A DNA stretch of 64,000 bases from a virus. Position numbers and translations under genes: made by a program. Within the stretch, counting starts at the first letter, position 1. Each line of letters starts with the position of its first letter. This document shows, piece after piece, positions 18,766 through 27,327 of this stretch. Location of the stretch: positions 1 to 64,000 of IMG/VR virus record IMGVR_UViG_3300008262_002626, one strand, 5' to 3'. A model generated the notes under the pieces. That model searched no databases. It worked only from the letters and a program-made list of their open reading frames with translations, and had not been told where the DNA came from.

Positions 18766-19791
18766 TTATACCTGTTTTTCAAAAATATTATTATACTGGG
18801 TGTTTACTCTAACGAATGTAGTACACTTAGATAACTGCTTTAGAGTCGGAGCACCGACGTATGTACATGTACTACGTAACCCTCCTAGGATATCTAGTAC
18901 AGTATCTTCTACAGGGCCTTTGTATTTTACCTGTACAGTACGGCCTTCACTGCTACGATAACTAGCAACACCGCCGTGATGTTTGTCCATAGCAGTATCA
19001 GAGCTCATACCGTAAAATGTAACCTTACCGTCTTTGACTTCACCGCCACCTTCATCATGCCCAGCTAGCATGCCGCCTAGCATTACAAAGTCCGCACCAG
19101 CCCCGAAAGCCTTAGCAACATCACCAGGGCAAACACATCCGCCGTCAGCAATAATATGCCCGCCAAGACCATGAGCGGCATCGGCACACTCAATAATAGC
19201 ACTAAGCTGTGGGTAGCCCACACCAGTTTGGATACGAGTAGTACAAACGCTACCAGGGCCAATGCCCACTTTAACAATGTCCGCGCCACGTAAAATTAAC
19301 TCCTGTGTCATGTCTCCGGTAACCACATTACCGGCAATAATAGTTTTATCTGGATGTTTAGTTCTAACACGTTCAACAAAATCGCCAAAGTGTTCACTAT
19401 AACCATTTGCAACATCTATACAAATAAATTTTATTGTCGGTAAAACACTTAAGGTGATATTTAATACTTCAAATGCTTTGTCGCCTGTGCCTGTAGAAAC
19501 TGCCAGATATTCTTCATTCAGATCATTAATGTGATCAAACCAGTCTCTTACTTCAAGACTTTTAACTAGACAAGTAAACATATTATGATTTTGCAATGAC
19601 TTGGCCATAGCAAATGTGCCTACGCCGTCCATGTTACTGGCCATGATAGGCACACCGATCCATTCTTGTTGACTGTGTCTAAATTTATATTTTCGATTAA
19701 GCTCAACATGCTGTCTACTTGCGAGCTTACTACGTTTCGGGCGAATTAAAACATCTTTAAAATCTAAAAGAATTTCATTTTCAATACGCAT
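18766..19791 (-). CDS. guaC: GMP reductase
   Basis: [45 protein letters not shown]. Confidence 0.95.
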   Translation of the reverse strand: MRIENEILLDFKDVLIRPKRSKLASRQHVELNRKYKFRHSQQEWIGVPIMASNMDGVGTFAMAKSLQNHNMFTCLVKSLEVRDWFDHINDLNEEYLAVSTGTGDKAFEVLNITLSVLPTIKFICIDVANGYSEHFGDFVERVRTKHPDKTIIAGNVVTGDMTQELILRGADIVKVGIGPGSVCTTRIQTGVGYPQLSAIIECADAAHGLGGHIIADGGCVCPGDVAKAFGAGADFVMLGGMLAGHDEGGGEVKDGKVTFYGMSSDTAMDKHHGGVASYRSSEGRTVQVKYKGPVEDTVLDILGGLRSTCTYVGAPTLKQLSKCTTFVRVNTQYNNIFEKQV

Positions 19792-19794
19792 TTT

Positions 19795-20382
19795 TTATCT
19801 TTCATTTGAAAAGGGCGAGATCATTTTACCATCATAGGTAGTGCTTGATCTCAAAGCATTATACACATTTTGAATACCTACCGCCTGGTTCCATGCATCT
19901 TGTAGTGCGTGGTGTGCGGTTACTGGGGGTCGATGTGGATTGATTCCAAGATCGAATGCTGTACGAACATCTCGAACTTGCCAGAAACTCCAAGGAACTG
20001 CTTTGTTTAATCTCTTAAACACATTTTCACAAATGACTATGTCAAAGCCTGCACCATTTGACCAAACACGTTTCGCACCCCAACAGAATTTGTACAGTTG
20101 ATCGAATGCTGTTCGAATATGTACTCGATCTTTTCCTTCTCCGAACGCCTCGTCTTGTGCTTCCTTGCTCTGGTTTGACCACCATGCGATGGTATCATCA
20201 TTTACAGCCAATCCTAGATCGTGACAGCTATCAAGGTCGACTCGAACATAGAAGCTTTCCATTTGAGGTTCTTGAAGATCTTTACCAAAAGGATCAAACT
20301 TAACTGCTCCTATGGTAAGAATGGCGGCATCGTTTGATGTCGCCAAAGTTTCTAAGTCAATCATTACATCTGTATTAGCCAT
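19795..20382 (-). CDS. DnaQ-like 3'-5' exonuclease
   Basis: MIDLETL, WSNGAGFD, HHALQDA (DEDDh). Confidence 0.85.
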   Translation of the reverse strand: MANTDVMIDLETLATSNDAAILTIGAVKFDPFGKDLQEPQMESFYVRVDLDSCHDLGLAVNDDTIAWWSNQSKEAQDEAFGEGKDRVHIRTAFDQLYKFCWGAKRVWSNGAGFDIVICENVFKRLNKAVPWSFWQVRDVRTAFDLGINPHRPPVTAHHALQDAWNQAVGIQNVYNALRSSTTYDGKMISPFSNER

Positions 20383-20409
20383 ATACTCTTTCGTTATTTG
20401 AGAGTATAT

Positions 20410-20438
20410 ATTTTAACACGAAATGTTATTGATGTCAA
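20410..20438 (-). promoter_or_regulatory. Sigma70-type promoter
   Basis: TTGACA-17 nt-TAAAAT. Confidence 0.7.
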
Positions 20439-20665
20439 TACATTTTTGGTGGTAATTGCTCTTTTTGGAGTTTCTTTTTCCAACGGGCTTTCGCGGCACC
20501 CTTGGCACGTTTACGAGCAGTAGTTGGTTTCTCGTAAAACTCTTTTTTACGCAGGTCGTCTAGAATACCTGCGTCTTCAACCTTACGCTTAAATCTTTTA
20601 AGTGCTTGATTTATGTTTTCGTGATCTTTTACGATAACACCTGTACCTTTACTCTTCTGAATCAT
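20435..20665 (-). CDS. rpsU: Ribosomal protein bS21
   Basis: ENINQALKRFKRKV, KKEFYEKPTTARKR; start set after the GAGGA SD. Confidence 0.9.
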   Translation of the reverse strand: MIQKSKGTGVIVKDHENINQALKRFKRKVEDAGILDDLRKKEFYEKPTTARKRAKGAAKARWKKKLQKEQLPPKMY

Positions 20666-21053
20666 TATCATCCTCTTCTGTAAATTGTTCAACTATTCCG
20701 TCCAAATCCCAAATTCTATTTTTACTAATCAAATTATAAGGAGTTGTTTCGTCTAATGTTATATAGTGTGAGTTTGGTTTTGCCAACATAAAAGTGATAA
20801 AACTTTTAGTAATCGGATCGCAGTTATCGACATCGATAATCACTACGTCAACTTGTTGGCTAACACTTAACATCCATGCTATATCATCGTCATTATGATC
20901 GTATATAAAAATGTTGAGATCATCTAAACACTTACTAAGAATAGTTTGAAATTGCTGTTTAACTGCATTCGAAGGTTTAACTAACAGATAGCTTAAATTG
21001 TCATTAAAAAGTTTATCCGGCGGTGTTATTACCGTTATTTTTCCTAAGTTCAT
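20649..21053 (-). CDS. Hypothetical protein
   Basis: ORF track; AGGA SD. Confidence 0.7.
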   Translation of the reverse strand: MNLGKITVITPPDKLFNDNLSYLLVKPSNAVKQQFQTILSKCLDDLNIFIYDHNDDDIAWMLSVSQQVDVVIIDVDNCDPITKSFITFMLAKPNSHYITLDETTPYNLISKNRIWDLDGIVEQFTEEDDNDSEE

Positions 21054-21351
21054 ATATCCTACTTACAAATTCTTTTAATCTTTCAGGGCTATAGTTTGCA
21101 AACTTAGGCCCTTTTGTTTTTGTTTCTTCTACAAACTCGTACAGAGCAGGATCTGTGTATCTGTCGATGATTAGATCGTTAAAATTATCCAATCCATAAA
21201 GCCTATATAATTCGTCCTTAGGTTTAACTGTGTTGCCTATTCTTGACCAAATTGAATTTTCACTTTGTTCAGCGTTTTGTACATATCCTGTTACGATCTG
21301 TTCTTGACTTGTATCTTGCCTGTCTCGTCTTTGGTCATGTAAGTTTTTTTT
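21013..21351 (-). CDS. ATG-less -1 frame extension (112 aa) of the 21291..22520 gene, reached via an A10 slippery run
   Basis: Frame opens at the A10 run (21353-21344) immediately after an in-frame TAA, has no Met, and fills the intergenic gap. Confidence 0.7.
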   Translation of the reverse strand, partial: KKNLHDQRRDRQDTSQEQIVTGYVQNAEQSENSIWSRIGNTVKPKDELYRLYGLDNFNDLIIDRYTDPALYEFVEETKTKGPKFANYSPERLKEFVSRIYELRKNNGNNTAG

Positions 21352-22520
21352 TTAGATTCTTCTTCTACTGCCTTTTCTGCCTCTTCGATCATTTTGTTCC
21401 ATTGTTCAACTGGCATAGGTGTCTCTTCTAATTGAGCTACTTTTTCCTGAATACGGTCTTCAGCTCTTTTTAGATAGTCTGGTTCTAGATTGACTTCCTC
21501 TGCTGGTTTCTGCTGTTCTTCTTGCGCTGTTTGTTCACCCCCTTGGTCAGTCACAAGCTCGGTTGCTGGAACTTCTTTTTTCTCTTCTTCCCAAGGTTTA
21601 CCTTCGGGATAAAGATCTTTTTCATCCGCTAGAAACTTAAAATCATCTTCTTTTTCTTTAACTGGAAATGGCCACGGACTGTGTACATGTCCTGTATCTT
21701 CAGGCTCTGGCTCTTTAAAATTATCTATTTCATATAGGTCACTGGCCATTTCTTCTGTCTTTTGTTCTCTAGCCCATTGGAATGTCATTTGTGCGGCCAG
21801 CAACATAATAACTGCTAACGGATCAAAAACAAAAACAATAACGATAATAACCCAGGTTACTGCTTTTTCTAAAAGATTGGCATCTGGATTATCTCCATAA
21901 ATCAATTTAGCAATATACTTGATAGGACCAACTTCTGCTTCTACTTTACGAAGATCTTTAGCGATAGGAGCACGTTCTTCGTTAAGTGCGGCAATGGCTT
22001 TTTGTGCCTTAGCAATATCGTTCTGTAGGTTGGTGCGTTCACGTGCTTGATTTCGACGAAGTGCGGCGGCTTTGTCTGCACCTTTTTCATCAGTTGAACG
22101 AGCCATTGTCTGATCGACAGCTTCGTCCATCTGACGTAATGCTTTACGAGCGGCTTCAATATTATCTTTTTGAGTTTTTATTTTCTCGTCAAGTATAGCC
22201 ACCTTGTCAACGACATCACCACTGACAATACTTTGATCTAAATGTGCTTTACTTAAAAAACCAAAGATACCCATAGATGTAATGAACATTAACACAACCA
22301 CAGCAATGGTCATGTAGGTTTTCATTAATCGGGGCACACGTTCCCAATTGGCTTTAAGCCAACTGGCACAGACTAGTTTGGCTACTTCTAATGCACTTCC
22401 CATGATATAGATGGGAATAGCAGCCGCGGCAAAGATAGCAGCCAAACCTACTACGGAGTAGTAGATTGCGACTGCTGAAATTGTTAAACCAGTTAGAAGT
22501 AGTAACCAGGCTAGGATCAT
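21291..22520 (-). CDS. Multi-pass membrane protein with coiled coil and acidic tail
   Basis: Three N-terminal TMs, coiled coil, TM with FVFDPLAV, E/P-rich tail. Confidence 0.8.
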   Translation of the reverse strand: MILAWLLLLTGLTISAVAIYYSVVGLAAIFAAAAIPIYIMGSALEVAKLVCASWLKANWERVPRLMKTYMTIAVVVLMFITSMGIFGFLSKAHLDQSIVSGDVVDKVAILDEKIKTQKDNIEAARKALRQMDEAVDQTMARSTDEKGADKAAALRRNQARERTNLQNDIAKAQKAIAALNEERAPIAKDLRKVEAEVGPIKYIAKLIYGDNPDANLLEKAVTWVIIVIVFVFDPLAVIMLLAAQMTFQWAREQKTEEMASDLYEIDNFKEPEPEDTGHVHSPWPFPVKEKEDDFKFLADEKDLYPEGKPWEEEKKEVPATELVTDQGGEQTAQEEQQKPAEEVNLEPDYLKRAEDRIQEKVAQLEETPMPVEQWNKMIEEAEKAVEEESKKKTYMTKDETGKIQVKNRS

Positions 22521-22530
22521 TGATTACCTA

Positions 22531-23139
22531 TTATTCTGCATCGCCGCTGGCGTCTGCGGTAGTTAACTCGGTGCCGTCAATTAGTGTAACAGCCACAGTA
22601 CCAAGGGTCTGAGTTGCTGTAGCACCAGTATGGGTAACTGTGATAGGTAATTGCTTGTCTTGACCAGTAGTACCATCATACACTCGAGCATTGGCTGTTG
22701 TTGATACACGAATTGCTTTGGCAACTTCGTTTTTAAGATAAAGTGCTTTGGTAGTAATACTTCCGCCGGCAATGTCAGTTCCAGAAGTAGGAATGAACGC
22801 ATCGCGATCGTACTTAACAGTAAATGCCAATGTTGTAGCCTGTGCATCACCGTTAGACTCGTCGCTGTCTAATTCAATATCTAAAATCTGGCAATCTGCT
22901 ATTCCTGAAAGAGCGTTAACGATGTTACGGAAACGCATATTTCCTCTTGCACGGGCTTGTCCTTTAGCTAGGGTAGTTGGCAAGTTAGCAGTTGAAAAAC
23001 TGTCAGAACTATTAGGTGTTACGCCACCGTTATCGTCGCTGTCAGCTGTTGGGTAATAGGTTGTGTTTGTCATTGTTAGCACAACTCTGTAAAAACCAGG
23101 TGCTAGTTGGTTTGAGTCTTGTTGAAATCCTGATGGCAT
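22531..23139 (-). CDS. Probable virion structural protein
   Basis: T/A/G/S/D-rich; TAAATA at ~23162 and AGGAG SD. Confidence 0.55.
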   Translation of the reverse strand: MPSGFQQDSNQLAPGFYRVVLTMTNTTYYPTADSDDNGGVTPNSSDSFSTANLPTTLAKGQARARGNMRFRNIVNALSGIADCQILDIELDSDESNGDAQATTLAFTVKYDRDAFIPTSGTDIAGGSITTKALYLKNEVAKAIRVSTTANARVYDGTTGQDKQLPITVTHTGATATQTLGTVAVTLIDGTELTTADASGDAE

Positions 23140-23175
23140 AATATGCTCCTAAGTTATCTAATATTTATCAGCAAA

Positions 23176-23210
23176 ACGCCCTTAAAAACAATTATAGCTT
23201 TTAAGGGCGT
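23176..23210. terminator. Hairpin/terminator
   Basis: ACGCCCTTAAAA...TTTTAAGGGCGT inverted repeat. Confidence 0.55.
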
Positions 23211-23220
23211 ATATAGCAAT

Positions 23221-23523
23221 TTATTTGAAGAAAATAAGTGCCATCATAACTGCTTGGATGATAAAACCAAATCCAATCGTTACTACATTTAACATATCTT
23301 TCTGAACTGCGGCCTTAATGAACATCAAACTAAGACCGGCCCAAACTAGTAAAACTAGATCAACAGCAGGTAGTCTATCAGTTAGGCCACTCATAACAGC
23401 TAGCATACTCGGAATAGTGCTGGCATGTAATACGATAGCCGCTAGCCATCCAAATGTTTCTGCAGAAATATGACTGATTTTTGTGCTGACAAACTCTTTG
23501 AGCTGATTAATATTGTCGATCAT
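23221..23523 (-). CDS. Small 3-TM membrane protein
   Basis: Hydrophobic; ATGA-coupled to the upstream hydrolase. Confidence 0.7.
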   Translation of the reverse strand: MIDNINQLKEFVSTKISHISAETFGWLAAIVLHASTIPSMLAVMSGLTDRLPAVDLVLLVWAGLSLMFIKAAVQKDMLNVVTIGFGFIIQAVMMALIFFK

Positions 23524-24074
23524 ATACGTCTCTCTTTCTCTTTATAAAAAATGTGTTGTCCTATTACTCCTATCTTTTCCAACTGCCATCTTGGGTTGAC
23601 ATAGGTGGCATGATAATATAGAGCATCTTTGAGAATGTCCAATCGGAAGTTTTCCAAAAGAACTTTTTTAGCAACGGCATAACTTTCATTATAGGCCTCC
23701 TTGTTTATAGGTCTTGCTTTGTGTACTGAATCACATGCCCATGAGAATTGGCATACAACTTTTTCCATAATTACATTTTTTTGGTAAACAACGCCGCAGA
23801 CGTCGTTACCGAATTTTCCAGAAGCTACACGGTTCATAGTAACCTGTGCGACAGCTACTTTACCTTCAAATGGCTCGTAGCCTGCTTCTCTATAGATATT
23901 GATTGCTAAACAGTCTAATTGTTTTTCTCGTGTCTTGATCGAAACAATGTCTTGACTGAAAAGACCATTGCGTTCTTTGAGAACAGCAAATTTTTGTGTA
24001 GTCAGTGTTTGTACCAAAAAGGCCACAGCTACAAATCCTATCATGCAGGATATAAATTTAATCGACTTTTCCAT
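23520..24074 (-). CDS. Cell wall hydrolase, SleB/Hydrolase_2 family
   Basis: CLAINIYREA, VAQVTMNRV, CQFSW, ALYYHATYVNPRW, IGQHIFY; start MEKS after AAGGAGG. Confidence 0.9.
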   Translation of the reverse strand: MEKSIKFISCMIGFVAVAFLVQTLTTQKFAVLKERNGLFSQDIVSIKTREKQLDCLAINIYREAGYEPFEGKVAVAQVTMNRVASGKFGNDVCGVVYQKNVIMEKVVCQFSWACDSVHKARPINKEAYNESYAVAKKVLLENFRLDILKDALYYHATYVNPRWQLEKIGVIGQHIFYKEKERRI

Positions 24075-24114
24075 AAGTCCTCCTTTCACTTGGTGTTACG
24101 ATATTTTGTAACAT

Positions 24115-24327
24115 TACATTAAGGGAGTAAACTTCACGAGGCTCAATAAAAGAACCCTACTTTCGTGTAGTTGTCTCCATCGGACGCACAAGCTCATAAC
24201 ATTGTGTGCCTTTGGCGACCCTTGGCATCCCGAAAATACGGGTTTCTCATTAGCCAAGACCCGCCGGTTTGAGTCAGATATTTCGCTACCATATCAAACC
24301 AACTATCTTAGTTTCTTTGCGAAACGT
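24115..24327 (-). ncRNA. Candidate ~210-nt highly structured RNA (leader of the SleB gene or independent ncRNA)
   Basis: ORF-free; six or more stems; TATAAT immediately upstream. Confidence 0.5.
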
Positions 24328-24372
24328 ATATTATATAGCCCATTGCACTAAAATTCCCAGAGAAAAAGGTAA

Positions 24373-24762
24373 TTATCGGCGCATTTTGGCTATTGCTACT
24401 GCTTCTTCATCACTGAAGATTGGTACTGCATTACTTTTGTGCATAGTGCCAATGCCTTTGATCATTGTACCGGTATAGACCTTATCGGGGGCTTTAGTAC
24501 AAGGACCCGCAGTAAATGGCAGGCTGTTAATTTTTGGTGTTTCTCTACGGTACGGCTCAACCTTAGGAGATTGGTAAGTACCAGACTCCATAGCACGTTT
24601 CCGTTTACGTTCTTCTTGTTCAATACCGTGACGCTTGAGCAGATCTTGCCAAGCATCGGCTTGTTCGCGGGCCTTACGAGCCTGCTCAGCATTTCGAAAC
24701 TTCTGTTTGCCTTTTTTCTTGCCTGTGGTGCTGAGCCACGGACCTTCCAAATGCATACTCAT
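24373..24762 (-). CDS. Basic hypothetical phage protein (HKSNAVP motif)
   Basis: ORF track; GGAG SD; sigma70 promoter upstream. Confidence 0.75.
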   Translation of the reverse strand: MSMHLEGPWLSTTGKKKGKQKFRNAEQARKAREQADAWQDLLKRHGIEQEERKRKRAMESGTYQSPKVEPYRRETPKINSLPFTAGPCTKAPDKVYTGTMIKGIGTMHKSNAVPIFSDEEAVAIAKMRR

Positions 24763-24790
24763 AATTTCTCCAAAAATTTAATATACTTCT

Positions 24791-24819
24791 ATTATACGAT
24801 TTTTTTTGGATAGAGTCAA
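24791..24819 (-). promoter_or_regulatory. Sigma70-type promoter
   Basis: TTGACT-17 nt-TATAAT. Confidence 0.75.
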
Positions 24820-24824
24820 GTATA

Positions 24825-25151
24825 TTATACTCGAAAAGATTCTCCACAGCCACAGCGATCACGTTCATTTGGATTAATGAATTCAAAACCTTCATTTAGT
24901 CCATTTTTTACCCAATCCATTGTTAGGCCGTTTAAGTAGGGAAGACTTTTAGCATCAACTAATACTACAAAGTTTGGCTGGGCGAAATTTGTAACTCCAA
25001 CTTCTGGGTCGTATTTGTCTACATATTCTATAGTGTATGCTAAACCACTACATCCTGTAGTTTTGACTCCTAACCGAATACCGACACCCTTACCTCGTCG
25101 TTCAAGTAGTTGCTTGATTTTCTGTTGGGCTATGTCGGTTACGGTAATCAT
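24825..25151 (-). CDS. iscA: Fe-S cluster assembly A-type carrier IscA
   Basis: GVKTTGCSGLAY, FINPN...CGCGESF. Confidence 0.95.
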   Translation of the reverse strand: MITVTDIAQQKIKQLLERRGKGVGIRLGVKTTGCSGLAYTIEYVDKYDPEVGVTNFAQPNFVVLVDAKSLPYLNGLTMDWVKNGLNEGFEFINPNERDRCGCGESFRV

Positions 25152-25509
25152 TGACTGCGGCTTTAATGGCGTCTTCTGCTAGGATACTACAATGTATTTT
25201 AACAGGAGGTAATGCTAATTCTTCTGCGATGGCTGAGTTTTTAATTGTTCCGGCTTCGTCGAGAGTTTTTCCTTTGAGCCACTCTGTGACAAGGCTCGAA
25301 CTCGCGATAGCCGATCCACAGCCATACGTTTTAAATTTTGCATCTGTAATAATACCTGTATCATCATCCACCTTTATTTGTAATTTCATAACATCACCGC
25401 AAGCAGGGGCACCAACCATGCCGGTGCCTACTGTTGGATCATTTTTATCAAAACTGCCTACGTTACGTGGATTTTCGTAATGATCAATTACTTTATCACT
25501 ATACGCCAT
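25102..25509 (-). CDS. iscU: Fe-S cluster scaffold IscU
   Basis: HYENPRNVG, GAPACGDVM, FKTYGCGSAIASSS, LPPVKIHCS. Confidence 0.97.
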   Translation of the reverse strand: MAYSDKVIDHYENPRNVGSFDKNDPTVGTGMVGAPACGDVMKLQIKVDDDTGIITDAKFKTYGCGSAIASSSLVTEWLKGKTLDEAGTIKNSAIAEELALPPVKIHCSILAEDAIKAAVNDYRNRHSPTENQATT

Positions 25510-25533
25510 ACCAAACTCCTTGTTTGGTATTTA
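25508..25533 (-). promoter_or_regulatory. RBS/start-sequestering hairpin overlapped by a TAAATA late promoter
   Basis: ATACCAAAC-AAGGA-GTTTGGTAT perfect 9-bp stem including the AT of the ATG; TAAATA at 25533-25528. Confidence 0.65.
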
Positions 25534-25734
25534 TTACTTGCCGGTTGCTTCTTTACGAGCGTTTTTAACTGCTGTGACGTCGTTACGAACTTCTTTGCAA
25601 AGTTTGGCAAGTTCTTGTAGGTGTTTGCGAACACGGGTACCAGCCGCACCAACTTCTTTATCATAGAACTTTTCGAAATCGCTTTCCATTGCTTCTACGA
25701 TTGCGGTAAATTCTGAATGTCTATTTTGAGCCAT
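25534..25734 (-). CDS. Hc1/histone H1-like small basic protein
   Basis: DFEKFYDK..GAAGTRVRKHLQEL..L....R. Confidence 0.7.
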   Translation of the reverse strand: MAQNRHSEFTAIVEAMESDFEKFYDKEVGAAGTRVRKHLQELAKLCKEVRNDVTAVKNARKEATGK

Positions 25735-25810
25735 AATATTTCTCCTTGTCTAATAATTATGTCGACTAGGATAGCTTATAATAAAATGTGGTTTTAGTAA
25801 AGTTTTTTGG

Positions 25811-26059
25811 TTAGGCAAATACTTTTGTACTGCCACTTTGGACGTTTCCACCGCCGCTCATAGGATCGCTCTCTCTAGCAATGGCTTTATCATTGACTAT
25901 GACTTTTGAGTTACCGGCTACTACAGTTTTGCCTTTAACATTAGCAGAAGTTACAAATGCTGTTTTGGCATCGTTAGTAATAACATTGACAGAACCAGAA
26001 ACTAATAATGATCCAGCGGCAATATCTTTTCCTACTCGTGCTACACTATTCTTAGCCAT
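25811..26059 (-). CDS. PAAR-like spike-tip protein
   Basis: Three repeats VARVGKD / SGSVNVITND / AGNSKVIVNDKAIARESD / SGSTKVFA. Confidence 0.65.
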   Translation of the reverse strand: MAKNSVARVGKDIAAGSLLVSGSVNVITNDAKTAFVTSANVKGKTVVAGNSKVIVNDKAIARESDPMSGGGNVQSGSTKVFA

Positions 26060-26062
26060 AGT

Positions 26063-26773
26063 TTATGGCCCTGGTGGGATTGGAGTTGGATCTACTAGTA
26101 GAGCGCCGCGTGTAGTTGCTTTCTGCTCGGCAACGGTTTCTTTAATAGGAGGATCGGAAATTCCCAACCATCCCTTAAGAGTTCCCCAAGCACTTGTTGC
26201 GGCAGTTCCAATAAAGCTATTTGCAATAATGTTGTTAGCGGTTGTAGTAGTCCAAGCGACAGCACTTGTAATTTGCTCTTCGACCAGTGCTGAAGTTTTA
26301 ACCTGTGCTTTAACTGTCAATGTATCTTGTACTGCTGATTGAATGCTAGTTTGTAAATCAGTAGGTAATACAACTGTCTTAGGTAATTCAGCTCTTTCAA
26401 GTGCCGCGTTTGTTGTTTGTTGCTGAAATTGGTTATTTTTAATTTGATCTGCAACTGCCAGCTGTTGTGTTGTTACACCAGCGGCAACGTTTGCACTAAC
26501 TGATGCTAGTGCAGATTGTAATACCTGTACAGAAGCAGTTAATTTTTTCTGCTGATCGATAATTTCTGATAATAGAACAGTCATGTCATTGAGAGACTGT
26601 GCTTGCATACGAGCCACAGCCGCAGGACTTCCTGGTATTGCAGTCGCGGCTTTTCCAAAATTTAAATCTAAGTACGTAACAAAAGTTTCGTAAATTGCTA
26701 ACTGTTGTACATTTTGTTCTTTGATTGCCGCGGCAATCGCCATTGCGGCTGTATCGCTGACTGCTACTGCCAT
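26063..26773 (-). CDS. Ala/Thr/Gln-rich helical protein, probably virion-associated
   Basis: TAAATA and AGGAG upstream; adjacent to the PAAR-like gene. Confidence 0.55.
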   Translation of the reverse strand: MAVAVSDTAAMAIAAAIKEQNVQQLAIYETFVTYLDLNFGKAATAIPGSPAAVARMQAQSLNDMTVLLSEIIDQQKKLTASVQVLQSALASVSANVAAGVTTQQLAVADQIKNNQFQQQTTNAALERAELPKTVVLPTDLQTSIQSAVQDTLTVKAQVKTSALVEEQITSAVAWTTTTANNIIANSFIGTAATSAWGTLKGWLGISDPPIKETVAEQKATTRGALLVDPTPIPPGP

Positions 26774-26798
26774 AATATTTCTCCTGTGCTAGAGATAT

Positions 26799-27089
26799 TT
26801 ATGCTAGTTTTATACCAGTAGTTGCCTGTATAAATTGATCAGCAAAGCTCTTGTCTGTGGCTTCTACAACTGTAACTGTAGTTTTAAACAGTTTTACATC
26901 CTTTTCTGGATGTACAGTAAACAAGTAGGGCATCAATCCTGGGCCGTTTGCACCCATACCAATAACCATTGGACGACTTAATTTGTAGTAGGAAACTGCA
27001 TCTTCTACTAGTTTAGCTACAATTTCCTCTCCGCTAGTTAGTTTAAGAGTAATTACTTCGCCTTCTGTTACACCTTTGTCTATTAGCAT
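26799..27089 (-). CDS. Small beta-rich (Sm-like) hypothetical protein
   Basis: TLKLTSGEEIVAK pattern. Confidence 0.6.
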   Translation of the reverse strand: MLIDKGVTEGEVITLKLTSGEEIVAKLVEDAVSYYKLSRPMVIGMGANGPGLMPYLFTVHPEKDVKLFKTTVTVVEATDKSFADQFIQATTGIKLA

Positions 27090-27090
27090 A

Positions 27091-27318
27091 TTATACCTTT
27101 TGTAAATGTGTGCGTAGTTCTGTAAACCCGCCTATTAATTTATCATCTAAAAAAATCTGCGGTAAAGTTCTGGCTGTTGGAACTGCTTCTAGTAATTGTT
27201 CCTTGGTCCAATCTTTATTGATATTTCTTTCCTCGTACTCAATGTTCTTTGATGCGAGCAAGTTTTTGGCTTGAACACAAAAAGGACACTGATCCTTACT
27301 CCAAACTATTGCTTTCAT
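27091..27318 (-). CDS. Glutaredoxin
   Basis: CPFC, TLPQIF, IGGF; next to RNR. Confidence 0.93.
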   Translation of the reverse strand: MKAIVWSKDQCPFCVQAKNLLASKNIEYEERNINKDWTKEQLLEAVPTARTLPQIFLDDKLIGGFTELRTHLQKV

Positions 27319-27327
27319 AATTCCTCT

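Noticed and set aside
24115-24327. RNase P RNA, c-di-AMP or c-di-GMP riboswitch
   Set aside because: Conserved cores of these families are not evident; kept as an unknown RNA
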